A stretch of 64,000 bases of DNA from a virus: IMG/VR virus record IMGVR_UViG_3300020724_000005; one strand, 5' to 3'. The position numbers and the translations under genes were made by a program. The notes beneath the pieces were generated by a model. It was not told the origin of the DNA. It did no database searches and saw only the letters and a list, made by a program, of their open reading frames with translations. Below are positions 37,955-45,410 of this stretch, piece after piece (positions within the stretch are counted from its first letter, which is position 1; every line of letters starts with the position of its first letter).

Positions 37955-38158
37955 CTATTTTAAGTCTCTGTAAATCTGTACCCCAAAATCCCACACTAGG
38001 AAGTTCATCGATATAACCCAAAGGTCTGTGAACACTCCTGTCTCTATGAAGTATCCTTTTCTGGAATGGGTAAAGTATATCGCTGGAGTTAAACAAATTT
38101 GCTTGAATCCAGCCCAAGTCCAACACGTGTGAACATACGGCATCATTGTGATCTTCAT
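37955..38158 (-). CDS. hypothetical protein
   Basis: 67-aa ORF, Trp/Phe-rich. Confidence 0.45.
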   Translation of the reverse strand: MKITMMPYVHTCWTWAGFKQICLTPAIYFTHSRKGYFIETGVFTDLWVISMNFLVWDFGVQIYRDLK

Positions 38159-38162
38159 ATAT

Positions 38163-38402
38163 CTATTTCAGTTTTTCTATTTCGCGTTCGATGTTCTCTG
38201 CCATGAGTATGATGCTGCCAAGCTCGTTAGTTGGTGCTCCTACGTACAGATCGTTCGCGTCAGTCAGGAATGCGGATATCTTCTTTTGGAGCGCTCCGGC
38301 ACGCTTTCTTGCTTCTTCTTTTGGGATGCTGGCAGATTGTGTTGCATGGACCTTTGAGATCTCAGAACCAGTCCAGTTGATGTTCTCTTGTAGTAAACTC
38401 AT
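38163..38402 (-). CDS. hypothetical protein
   Basis: 79-aa helical ORF. Confidence 0.5.
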   Translation of the reverse strand: MSLLQENINWTGSEISKVHATQSASIPKEEARKRAGALQKKISAFLTDANDLYVGAPTNELGSIILMAENIEREIEKLK

Positions 38403-38422
38403 GACCTTGATCGTTTTTGGTT

Positions 38423-38695
38423 TTAGATCCCCTTTATAGGATATTTTGGGTTTTTAATGCACTCGATCTGTTTATCAGAAAGTCTCCTTTTTTCAGCATA
38501 AAAGTCTATTAGATTCATCTGGAAAGTAGATCTACTTGGATGCATCTTTACATTGTACTTTTTTTCAATTTCGGCTTGAATTGAGGATAATTCGTTAATA
38601 GATAGCATATTTTTTGTTTTAGTTTGACATTCATTTGTTTTTATAAAAGTAACGAAATTTAAGATAAAAGAGTAGATGATCTTCAAAGTGATCAT
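38423..38695 (-). CDS. hypothetical protein
   Basis: 90-aa ORF; alternative start MLSINEL (38608) lies after an internal TACTTTTATAA box. Confidence 0.45.
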   Translation of the reverse strand: MITLKIIYSFILNFVTFIKTNECQTKTKNMLSINELSSIQAEIEKKYNVKMHPSRSTFQMNLIDFYAEKRRLSDKQIECIKNPKYPIKGI

Positions 38696-38892
38696 ATATT
38701 TCCTATCACAAACTCAATGATCTCCATCTCGGTTTTAGTATCTACGAAGTCTCCATTATCGTCATAGACTTCCCAAGACGTGCAACCGCTGTTCGGATCT
38801 GCGTCTTCCGAGTGTGTGACAGAGTATGTCTCACCATTGAATTCGACCTCGTACATGGTCTCTGTCTGTACCCTTTTTAATGTGTTTTCCAT
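38692..38892 (-). CDS. hypothetical protein
   Basis: start set to MENTLKRV (ATG 38892) immediately after GTACTTTTATATC box. Confidence 0.5.
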   Translation of the reverse strand: MENTLKRVQTETMYEVEFNGETYSVTHSEDADPNSGCTSWEVYDDNGDFVDTKTEMEIIEFVIGNI

Positions 38893-39107
38893 GATATAAA
38901 AGTACGTAAAAACAACGAAAACAAAAAGAAAAAGCGCAAAGTCCTTTCGGAAATTACGCTTTCTGTGGGTATTCAATGATGAATTTAGAATCTTTGACAA
39001 CTGAAGGTCTTCTTGTGGAATCCCTTAGGCTTATGGTACACTCCGTATCTGGAGCATGATGTTACTAATGTCAAGATCAATAATATTGTAACTAGCTTTT
39101 TCATATC

Positions 39108-39380
39108 TTATTCTTGTGGAGCTTCTGATTCTGTAGGTGTCTCTTCTTTTTTGCCTTTGAAAGAGAACTTGTCTAGAGAGTCTGCTCCCATTCCGATAGC
39201 GGTGACTATCATCACAGCGTTTACGAGTTCAGGTGCTGGCTTGAATTGCTCATGCGTGTAGCTGTTCAAAAGCATAGTAATGCAAAGGAACAGAGATCCG
39301 ATAAGCGCGATGACCGGTTTGATAGAGGTAGATCCTCTTTCGTCTTTGAAAAGGTCGATGACCCATTGTTTGAAATTCAT
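39108..39380 (-). CDS. holin-like two-TM protein
   Basis: 90 aa, two hydrophobic helices, charged C-tail. Confidence 0.4.
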   Translation of the reverse strand: MNFKQWVIDLFKDERGSTSIKPVIALIGSLFLCITMLLNSYTHEQFKPAPELVNAVMIVTAIGMGADSLDKFSFKGKKEETPTESEAPQE

Positions 39381-39395
39381 AGTGATAAGGTTTTC

Positions 39396-39403
39396 TATAA
39401 ATA
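39396..39403 (-). promoter_or_regulatory. TATTTATA upstream box (class II)
   Basis: 15 nt upstream of ATG 39380. Confidence 0.35.
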
Positions 39404-39407
39404 TCGA

Positions 39408-40103
39408 CTATGTAAATTCGATCTCGTTCGTCTGACTGTCCCAGATGAAGCTTATAGGTTTGTTACTGTATTTGTAGTCCTCTCCCAAGACAGACGCGTT
39501 GAAGTAGTGAGTGTCCCCATCAAAGCGGTAACCGTGTCCGGAATGTATGTGGCCGCAGACGTGTATCTTGGGCTTAACGCTCTTGATCCTCTGTGCAAGC
39601 ATCTCGCATCCTAAATTATCGTAAAGGCCGATGACCTTATCCAAAACTCCGTGTGCAGGACCATGGGTGATCAATATGTCTGTGTTCTCTGGGATCATCA
39701 GCCACTTCTCCCACATTTCGGGTGAGTTTCTTGGAAGATTAAATGCCCAGTTGTAGAACTCAGGCTGCCAAGGTGAGCCCCATATTTTAAGCATCTGCTG
39801 ATAACCTTCTCCTACGCAAAGAAGATCATCTTGTAAATAGACAATATTCTTGTAAAAGTCTAAGATCTCTTTTGTCTTCTCAACGTTGTCTTGGAATCCC
39901 CAATCATGGTTGCCTGCGATGAATACCTTATGATCATACGTGGCTAGCTTATTGTACCATCCACAGAATTCACGAATCTCATGCTCATATCCCATCGAAG
40001 ATATATCGCCAGCATGGATTAATATATCCCCACCAGGAAGATCTTCAGTGATCTGCTTATGCTTAGTGTGAGTATCAGATATGAGCGTAATCTTGTATTT
40101 CAT
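39408..40103 (-). CDS. calcineurin-like metallophosphoesterase
   Basis: ISDTH, HAGDIS, GNHD, THGP, CGHIH motifs in order. Confidence 0.8.
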   Translation of the reverse strand: MKYKITLISDTHTKHKQITEDLPGGDILIHAGDISSMGYEHEIREFCGWYNKLATYDHKVFIAGNHDWGFQDNVEKTKEILDFYKNIVYLQDDLLCVGEGYQQMLKIWGSPWQPEFYNWAFNLPRNSPEMWEKWLMIPENTDILITHGPAHGVLDKVIGLYDNLGCEMLAQRIKSVKPKIHVCGHIHSGHGYRFDGDTHYFNASVLGEDYKYSNKPISFIWDSQTNEIEFT

Positions 40104-40117
40104 AACCTTTATAATTT

Positions 40118-40531
40118 TTAATGTCTGGTCATTGCATATACAGATCCTGCTACGAATACCCCTATGCCCATGTATAAAAATGTCTTGCTTTTGATCTTTT
40201 CAAGCTTGAGAGAAGTCTGTAGCGTCGAGATCATCTTCTCGTACTCTTCTTCTTTGGCTTCCATCAGAAGGACCTGCCTTTTATATATAACGATCTTGTC
40301 TTCGTCTGCCTTGATCACAGTGTCTTGCATCCTAGATCTGTTCTCGGTCATCTTTAGAACATTCTGGGTAACGTTTAATACGCTTTTGGTGCTGTCGTAC
40401 GATACAAGATCTAGCGCTACATGCTTACCTACTTTGTGAGACAGTGTCAGCTTCGGTGTGTCCGTAACGCTTTGCGAAAAAGCTGTCAAGTTGAGTAGGA
40501 GTGTAGTGAGCAACGTGAGTGCGTATTTCAT
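40118..40531 (-). CDS. secreted coiled-coil protein with C-terminal TM
   Basis: signal-like MKYALTLLTTLLLNLTAFSQ; C-term FLYMGIGVFVAGSVYAM; overlaps upstream gene by 107 nt in another frame. Confidence 0.5.
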   Translation of the reverse strand: MKYALTLLTTLLLNLTAFSQSVTDTPKLTLSHKVGKHVALDLVSYDSTKSVLNVTQNVLKMTENRSRMQDTVIKADEDKIVIYKRQVLLMEAKEEEYEKMISTLQTSLKLEKIKSKTFLYMGIGVFVAGSVYAMTRH

Positions 40532-40793
40532 CGTATTTGTGTTTAATGTGAACGTATTTTGTCTTCTCGGTCTCTATCGCCTTATCGACGTAGACTATGC
40601 TGTCTTTGTATACCGTGATGACGCTGTCTTTTTTTACGTGCTGAGAGTCTAGCTTTGCGATCTCTGTTGTAAGGCTGTCTATAGCGTGCTGTTCTTTGGT
40701 CAGCTTAATAGTATTGCCCTGGAGCAGAGTATACCCCAGGTACAATAATCCTATCAATACAGCGACAGTGATTAACTTTGCTGATATTTTCAT
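40425..40793 (-). CDS. i-spanin-like N-terminal-TM coiled-coil protein
   Basis: MKISAKLITVAVLIGLLYLGYTLL anchor then helical periplasmic part. Confidence 0.45.
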   Translation of the reverse strand: MKISAKLITVAVLIGLLYLGYTLLQGNTIKLTKEQHAIDSLTTEIAKLDSQHVKKDSVITVYKDSIVYVDKAIETEKTKYVHIKHKYDEIRTHVAHYTPTQLDSFFAKRYGHTEADTVSQSR

Positions 40794-40967
40794 CTACTTG
40801 TGTTTTGTGGTGTCAGTTGCTGTGACAGTCGGTGTCATTGTCGCAGCGCTGTCTACGTGAACTGCCGTTTTTGTTGAGTCTACTGTGCTCTTTGGAGCGT
40901 TTGAAGCGTCGCCGCATGACGATAATACAAGTGACACGATCGCGCAAAGCATTGTGAAATTTCTCAT
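40794..40967 (-). CDS. small lipoprotein (o-spanin-like)
   Basis: 57 aa MRNFTMLCAIVSLVLSSCGDAS... lipobox LSSC; stop abuts ATG 40793; below ORF-track cutoff. Confidence 0.45.
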   Translation of the reverse strand: MRNFTMLCAIVSLVLSSCGDASNAPKSTVDSTKTAVHVDSAATMTPTVTATDTTKHK

Positions 40968-41072
40968 TTCGTTTTTCTTTTTGTTTGGTTAGTACTCCCA
41001 AGCGGTGCCGACCCGCCTTCTCCACCGTGAAAGGGTGGCGATCTAGCCAACGTGATCTATAGGAGCAATGTC

Positions 41073-41252
41073 TTATGCTAGGTAATATCCTGTGAAGCTT
41101 GGTTCCAACGCCCTCGCAAGGTTTTTAGCCTCTGACTCGATCACTGCTCCTGCCTTCGTGTATCCTTGCCAAAGAGGTGATGGTGTTATAGACCTCAGAA
41201 CGATCTTGTTTGGATTACCTTCTTCTTTTCTGAAAATTACTATCTTTCTCAT
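41073..41252 (-). CDS. hypothetical protein
   Basis: start set to MRKIVIFRKEEG; track N-extension reads through tRNA-Met. Confidence 0.5.
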   Translation of the reverse strand: MRKIVIFRKEEGNPNKIVLRSITPSPLWQGYTKAGAVIESEAKNLARALEPSFTGYYLA

Positions 41253-41281
41253 TATTTTTTGATTGAAACCTGTTAATTTGG

Positions 41282-41353
41282 TTGCGCCAGTGGGATTCGA
41301 ACCCACGACCCCCGGGTTATGAGCCCGATAAGCTACCGCTGCTCTACAGCGCA
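41282..41353 (-). tRNA. tRNA-Met (CAT)
   Basis: hand-folded cloverleaf, loop CTCATAA, T-arm GTGGG-TTCGAAT-CCCAC; three G:C pairs next to loop (initiator-like). Confidence 0.85.
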
Positions 41354-41516
41354 ATATAATTTTAAAAACGATCGTGGGTTGTCAACATCTTTCTTGTTGT
41401 CATCAGCCCCTTTTTCGCCGATCATTTTTATTTGATTGCTATATTATAAAAGTATTGAAACTTCTTTAACTTTTGCAATCTTTGTTTTGAGTGATCAGAT
41501 ATTTTATTCTCTGATC

Positions 41517-41913
41517 TGGTGTGGAACATGAGGGATTCGAACCCTCGTCCAAACAATGTTATCTAAGTAATTCTTTCACAAGCTTAGTGGATTTTTCTAA
41601 AAACACAAAATATGAAGTTTGATGTATGTGGGAAACCAACTTCTAAACAACCTGGTCTTGGAATTATTTTATAAGGGCTCCAACCTGCGACCCTCTCATT
41701 TGCACTTCTGTTTCTAGGCACGTGTGCACCGGCCCAAGGACTTAGGCGGCCATCTCTAGCTCACCTTCGGCGAACGCCATAGCGTCTTCGAATGTCCATG
41801 TAGAAAGCTCTACGTTTGCATTTGTGTTTTGATAGTCAGATTTAAGTGCGTCCGATCTAGCACTGCTTGCATCATCTCAAAGAGCTCTATCGCTGTCAAA
41901 ACCAGTATGCCCC
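41517..41913 (-). ncRNA. ssrA: tmRNA (SsrA)
   Basis: 5' GGGGCATACTGGTTTTGACAGCG; 3' GGACGAGGGTTCGAATCCCTCATGTTCCA; acceptor GGGGCAT/ATGTTCC with G3-U70; tag frame GCA(41819)...GCCGCCTAA(41742). Confidence 0.8.
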
Positions 41914-41932
41914 AGTCTCGTGCTTTATATAC

Positions 41933-41940
41933 TATAAATA
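41933..41940 (-). promoter_or_regulatory. TATTTATA upstream box (class II)
   Basis: 19 nt upstream of tmRNA 5' G (41913). Confidence 0.4.
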
Positions 41941-41948
41941 TACGTCTT

Positions 41949-42296
41949 TTAGTTTGATATTGGAAGTTTTTCTTTTGAGTTTATCCTTTTCTTCTTTTCT
42001 AGCGCTTCTTTGATCTCCGCACATAACTCATACTCCTCGAATCTGATCATATCATCCATCACAGCCTTAAGAGTTGGGATATAGTCCGCCTTATCTTTTG
42101 TAAATATTAACTCTTTTAAGTCTGCGGAATATTTCACATCAGTAAAGATCACTTCAAAAATACTGACTGTTTGTTTCTTATGCTTGATCGCATACAATAT
42201 TGTCTTGACCATCTTAACCAAAAGGTCGCGGTCTTTTTCTTTTATCTTTTGGAAGAACTCCTCCTTATTTTTAAAAGACAATACGTGTGATGCCAT
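41949..42296 (-). CDS. hypothetical protein
   Basis: 115-aa helical ORF, ATGA-type junction with upstream gene. Confidence 0.55.
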   Translation of the reverse strand: MASHVLSFKNKEEFFQKIKEKDRDLLVKMVKTILYAIKHKKQTVSIFEVIFTDVKYSADLKELIFTKDKADYIPTLKAVMDDMIRFEEYELCAEIKEALEKKKRINSKEKLPISN

Positions 42297-43033
42297 TAGT
42301 CATATGTGGATTTTACTTCAATATCTTTAATTTTTTCCAAAGCGATCGGCGGAATGTTATTCAATGTATAATATCCAGCTTTTAGATAATTTGGATCTTG
42401 ATAAAGTTTAAAATACTCACCAGGTATCATATCTGTATCTATCTTTAAAATAGCATACTTCTTAATCCCAGTCTTACTATACATTTGATAAGCTAATTGT
42501 TTGGCTACATTTTCCGTTTTTGCAAGATAAACTCTTTCTGGATGATATGATGCTTTTGATCTCGATTTGGGAACTAATCCTATGTCTTCAATCTTTTTCC
42601 AATTATCTAATGGGGCAATGTGATAGAGGGTTTTTGGGATCTTATTTACTTTAAAATCAAATTTAGCTTCACATCTTAAAAATATAGAATGTATTTTTTC
42701 ACTTTTTAGAGAACTTAAAAATGTAGTTTTATTGTATCTATCTTCAAACCTATTGGTATTACTATGAAGCTTCATATATGATATAAACCAGCCTAGATTA
42801 TTTAAGAGAACTAGTAGATCTTCTGCATCTTTAAGAGAAAAAGCATCTTTGCTTTTTAATATATCAATCTCAAAAGTATTTTCATCTTTCTCACTATATA
42901 TTTCATAATTAGGAAAGCGTCTATGCAGAATATCTATAGATTGTCCAATAGGAGTGGTCTTTATCTCACCTTCTCTAAGATTGAGATCATATTCTTCTTT
43001 ATAGAATTCTAAAAGTAATGTGAGTAACTTCAT
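42296..43033 (-). CDS. Tpt1/KptA-like (ADP-ribosyltransferase fold) protein, putative
   Basis: C-half LYHIAPLDNWKKIEDIGLVPKSR...RVYLAK...YAILKIDTDMIPGEYF...YYTLNNIPPIAL parallels KptA pattern LYHGT..I...GL.p..R..VHLS. Confidence 0.35.
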   Translation of the reverse strand: MKLLTLLLEFYKEEYDLNLREGEIKTTPIGQSIDILHRRFPNYEIYSEKDENTFEIDILKSKDAFSLKDAEDLLVLLNNLGWFISYMKLHSNTNRFEDRYNKTTFLSSLKSEKIHSIFLRCEAKFDFKVNKIPKTLYHIAPLDNWKKIEDIGLVPKSRSKASYHPERVYLAKTENVAKQLAYQMYSKTGIKKYAILKIDTDMIPGEYFKLYQDPNYLKAGYYTLNNIPPIALEKIKDIEVKSTYD

Positions 43034-43037
43034 CGAG

Positions 43038-43045
43038 TATAAATA
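43038..43045 (-). promoter_or_regulatory. TATTTATA upstream box (class II)
   Basis: 4 nt before ATG 43033. Confidence 0.3.
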
Positions 43046-43504
43046 TCAACCCTTAACAAGTGAGTCAGCCGCGTAGGTCATCATAGGGCTGTCTCCTTTG
43101 TGCCTCACGGTGTACCCAAGGCCCTCTGCCCAACCCACAGCCTCTCTCAAGACTTCGTTGGATTTGTATCTCGGATCAGGATTCAGATCGATGTCGATGT
43201 ACTTCGCTCTTGGCAGCCCGGCTTCCATTATATAATTTGCAAGGTCTATCGAATACCACACCTCGTTGATGAGCCTGGTCGAGATCTCTCTGTCCTTTGG
43301 AGTGGTGAACTTATCGTATATGACATGGGCGCCCTTGCCTGGAGTGTACATTGCCAAAACCAAAGCGTAAACTGTCACCCGGCCTTTTACCTGAGAGTCA
43401 CATCCGATGAGTATCTCTATGTCTTTGTGAGAACTCATGTACTGCTTCATGTAATCCAGAACTTCTACTGGAGTGTTTTCGTTTAACGTTTTGAACTTTC
43501 TCAT
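43046..43504 (-). CDS. YkuK/DUF458-type RNase H-like protein
   Basis: IGCDSQ, TPGKGAHV, DIDLNPDPRYKSN, AADSLVK match remembered DUF458 signature. Confidence 0.55.
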   Translation of the reverse strand: MRKFKTLNENTPVEVLDYMKQYMSSHKDIEILIGCDSQVKGRVTVYALVLAMYTPGKGAHVIYDKFTTPKDREISTRLINEVWYSIDLANYIMEAGLPRAKYIDIDLNPDPRYKSNEVLREAVGWAEGLGYTVRHKGDSPMMTYAADSLVKG

Positions 43505-43929
43505 GACACTGTGTGGTTTATCTGTACTCTAACGCAACTCTGTGGCCGTCTGCTCCTCATCAGATAGTTGTTTATGTACCCCATGATGTTAGCGCTGCCT
43601 ATAGGGTTTGCGCTGTGCGTATATATCTGCGGAAGAGCGATCTGTGTTTCTATGCTATGATCTACCAACCACTTTGCACAATCCATTCCAGTTTTCTCTT
43701 TTATATTATCATAGTCCAGGGTGTAGTTCGGAGACACGTTGGTATAGAACTCTGCCATCGCCGAGTCTCCAAGATCGTGGTCCAAAGATATGACCTCGAT
43801 GTTCTTAAGTCCTATCTCTATAACCTTTGAAACGAACTCATCATAATTTCTTACGACTGTCCACACCTTGTCCATTCCATTTGCTATTGGAGTTCTTACG
43901 TCGTCTAAATAGATCCAAACCTTTTCCAT
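43501..43929 (-). CDS. receiver-like domain protein (cyclic-phosphate-processing REC-like)
   Basis: start set to MEKVWIYLDDVRTP; ISLDHDLGD and THSANPIGSANI match cREC pattern. Confidence 0.5.
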   Translation of the reverse strand: MEKVWIYLDDVRTPIANGMDKVWTVVRNYDEFVSKVIEIGLKNIEVISLDHDLGDSAMAEFYTNVSPNYTLDYDNIKEKTGMDCAKWLVDHSIETQIALPQIYTHSANPIGSANIMGYINNYLMRSRRPQSCVRVQINHTVS

Positions 43930-43948
43930 GTTTTTTTGTTTTATCCTG

Positions 43949-44030
43949 TGCTCCAAGTGGGATTCGAACCCACACGTCTTACGACCACAGATCCTAAGTC
44001 TGTGCTGTCTACCAATTTCATCATCGGAGC
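43949..44030 (-). tRNA. tRNA-Leu (TAG)
   Basis: class II, loop CTTAGGA, long variable arm, T-arm GTGGG-TTCGAAT-CCCAC. Confidence 0.85.
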
Positions 44031-44224
44031 ATTTTACCACGTTTCATATCATCGTAGTTACTTCTGAGGTATCTAGACTGATACGGAATATGATTTAGTC
44101 TTCTTTTATAATTATCCCATTTTGCAATCGTTAGTAACAGTATCATCGCGCTTGTCGATACCACGCAAGCGGCAACGATGATCCATGCAAATACCTTATT
44201 ATCATGGTAGTGTTTGTGTGGCAT
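44021..44224 (-). CDS. hypothetical membrane protein
   Basis: 67 aa, one TM; last 10 nt overlap 5' end of tRNA-Leu. Confidence 0.45.
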   Translation of the reverse strand: MPHKHYHDNKVFAWIIVAACVVSTSAMILLLTIAKWDNYKRRLNHIPYQSRYLRSNYDDMKRGKMLR

Positions 44225-44233
44225 AGTTCATTT

Positions 44234-44353
44234 TTAGTTTTTATGTTCGCATGATTCGCAATATTCAGATCTTCGAGCATCATATTCCAGTCCGCATTTT
44301 TTACATATCATCCAGATCTCGTGGTTGAAAATCTTTATCAGTCTACTTATCAT
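44234..44353 (-). CDS. 39-aa zinc-ribbon peptide
   Basis: MISRLIKIFNHEIWMICKKCGLEYDARRSEYCESCEHKN; ATGA overlap with upstream stop. Confidence 0.35.
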   Translation of the reverse strand: MISRLIKIFNHEIWMICKKCGLEYDARRSEYCESCEHKN

Positions 44354-44520
44354 ATCAGTTTTATTTGAAACCTATCTTTCATCTTCTCCAGACTATCAAA
44401 GTCCCGAGTCCTGTCCAAGTTACCATTCCATGAAGTGACTCCTCGACAGATGTTCTTGTGGTTTATGTGTGTGTCAGAGGTGAAGAACATGTCTTGACCT
44501 TCTTTTAGTGTGATCTTCAT
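44350..44520 (-). pseudogene. N-terminal fragment of a metallophosphoesterase-like gene
   Basis: MKITLKEGQDMFFTSDTHINHKNICRG... has motif I only, ends after 56 aa. Confidence 0.35.
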
Positions 44521-44542
44521 TGCATTGTGTATTTTTATGCTG

Positions 44543-44616
44543 TGACTCGGATTGGATTCGAACCAATGACCCCCAGCTTAGAAGGCTGGTGCTCTATCCA
44601 GCTGAGCTACCGAGCC
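44543..44616 (-). tRNA. tRNA-Arg (TCT)
   Basis: canonical fold, loop CTTCTAA. Confidence 0.9.
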
Positions 44617-44622
44617 AAAATA

Positions 44623-44853
44623 TTAGTCTGTCCACTCTACGACCTCGTACTCTGTCTTTGTGAACGAGAGATATGGTGCCGAGGTGACTGGATCTTTTGA
44701 GTCTTTTATGTACTTTGGATTCGTGATGTATACTATCTTCGAATCATCTCCTTGCTCCCTTTCCTGTATTTTGCAAGGGATCGGGGTATCTGGAAGTTTG
44801 TATAATGTCTTCTCTGATCCTGGTTTGATCTTTATTGTCTTTGGTTGTTTCAT
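44623..44853 (-). CDS. hypothetical protein
   Basis: start set to MKQPKTIKIKPG; track extension overlaps tRNA-Thr. Confidence 0.5.
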   Translation of the reverse strand: MKQPKTIKIKPGSEKTLYKLPDTPIPCKIQEREQGDDSKIVYITNPKYIKDSKDPVTSAPYLSFTKTEYEVVEWTD

Positions 44854-44868
44854 TACTTTGATTTTTAG

Positions 44869-44940
44869 AGGACACACCCGGAACCGACCCAGGGACTCAT
44901 GCTTACAAGGCAAGTGTTTTTCCAGTTAAACTACGCGTCC
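44869..44940 (-). tRNA. tRNA-Thr (TGT)
   Basis: loop CTTGTAA; unusual T-loop GTCGGTT; one U-U in anticodon stem. Confidence 0.75.
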
Positions 44941-45104
44941 AAAATGAAGCTTTTAGATTATCCCCAGAGCTTCTCAACTGTGCTGGCATACGTTTTGGCT
45001 GCTCTGAATGAGCTCTCTTCCTCCAGAGGTTTAGTGGCGGGTAGTGTAGCTATACACCTTAACCAGACTTTCCTATCTTCGATCCCTTGGCCTTCGGGCT
45101 TTCG

Positions 45105-45179
45105 TGTACCATACAGGGTTTGAACCTGTGACCTACGGCTATAGGAGGCCGGCGCTCTAACCAACTGAGCTAATGGTAC
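45105..45179 (-). tRNA. atypical tRNA, 8-nt anticodon loop (Arg-CCT-like)
   Basis: good acceptor, D and T arms (ACAGG-TTCAAAC-CCTGT); anticodon stem CGGC/GCCG encloses CTCCTATA. Confidence 0.55.
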
Positions 45180-45186
45180 AAAAATG

Positions 45187-45258
45187 CGGTCCATGACGGT
45201 TTCGATCCGTCTACTCTGCATCGACAGTGCAGTATGATAGCCACTTCACCAAAAGACC
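45187..45258 (-). tRNA. tRNA-Asp (GTC)
   Basis: loop CTGTCGA; T-loop ATCGAAA (A at position 54). Confidence 0.85.
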
Positions 45259-45263
45259 AATTG

Positions 45264-45349
45264 CACGGGTTAAGGGATTTGCACCACCTTACAGTCATCA
45301 TACTTCTTGGCTGCGCTACCAAGTGTGCTTCTCTATACACCAAACCCGT
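45264..45349 (-). tRNA. tRNA-like element, class-II shape, anticodon undetermined
   Basis: perfect 7-bp acceptor ACGGGTT/AACCCGT, T-loop-like TGCAAAT, extra arm AGT..ACT, but central arm CTTGG-TAGCGCAG-CCAAG has 8-nt loop lacking U33 context. Confidence 0.35.
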
Positions 45350-45360
45350 ATTTTTTACTG

Positions 45361-45405
45361 TATTATAAAAGTACTAAAAGATCTTGACAATTATCAAACT
45401 ATCTT
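45361..45405 (-). promoter_or_regulatory. internal promoter of tRNA array (class I box)
   Basis: minus sense TTTG-N21-TACTTTTATAAT ending ~12 nt before element 45349. Confidence 0.4.
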
Positions 45406-45410
45406 TTTAG

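Noticed and set aside
40813-41025. 70-aa track ORF (MEKAGRHRLG...)
   Set aside because: It is basic and low-complexity. Another frame on the same strand gives a 57-aa lipoprotein with signal peptide and lipobox, abutting the next gene.
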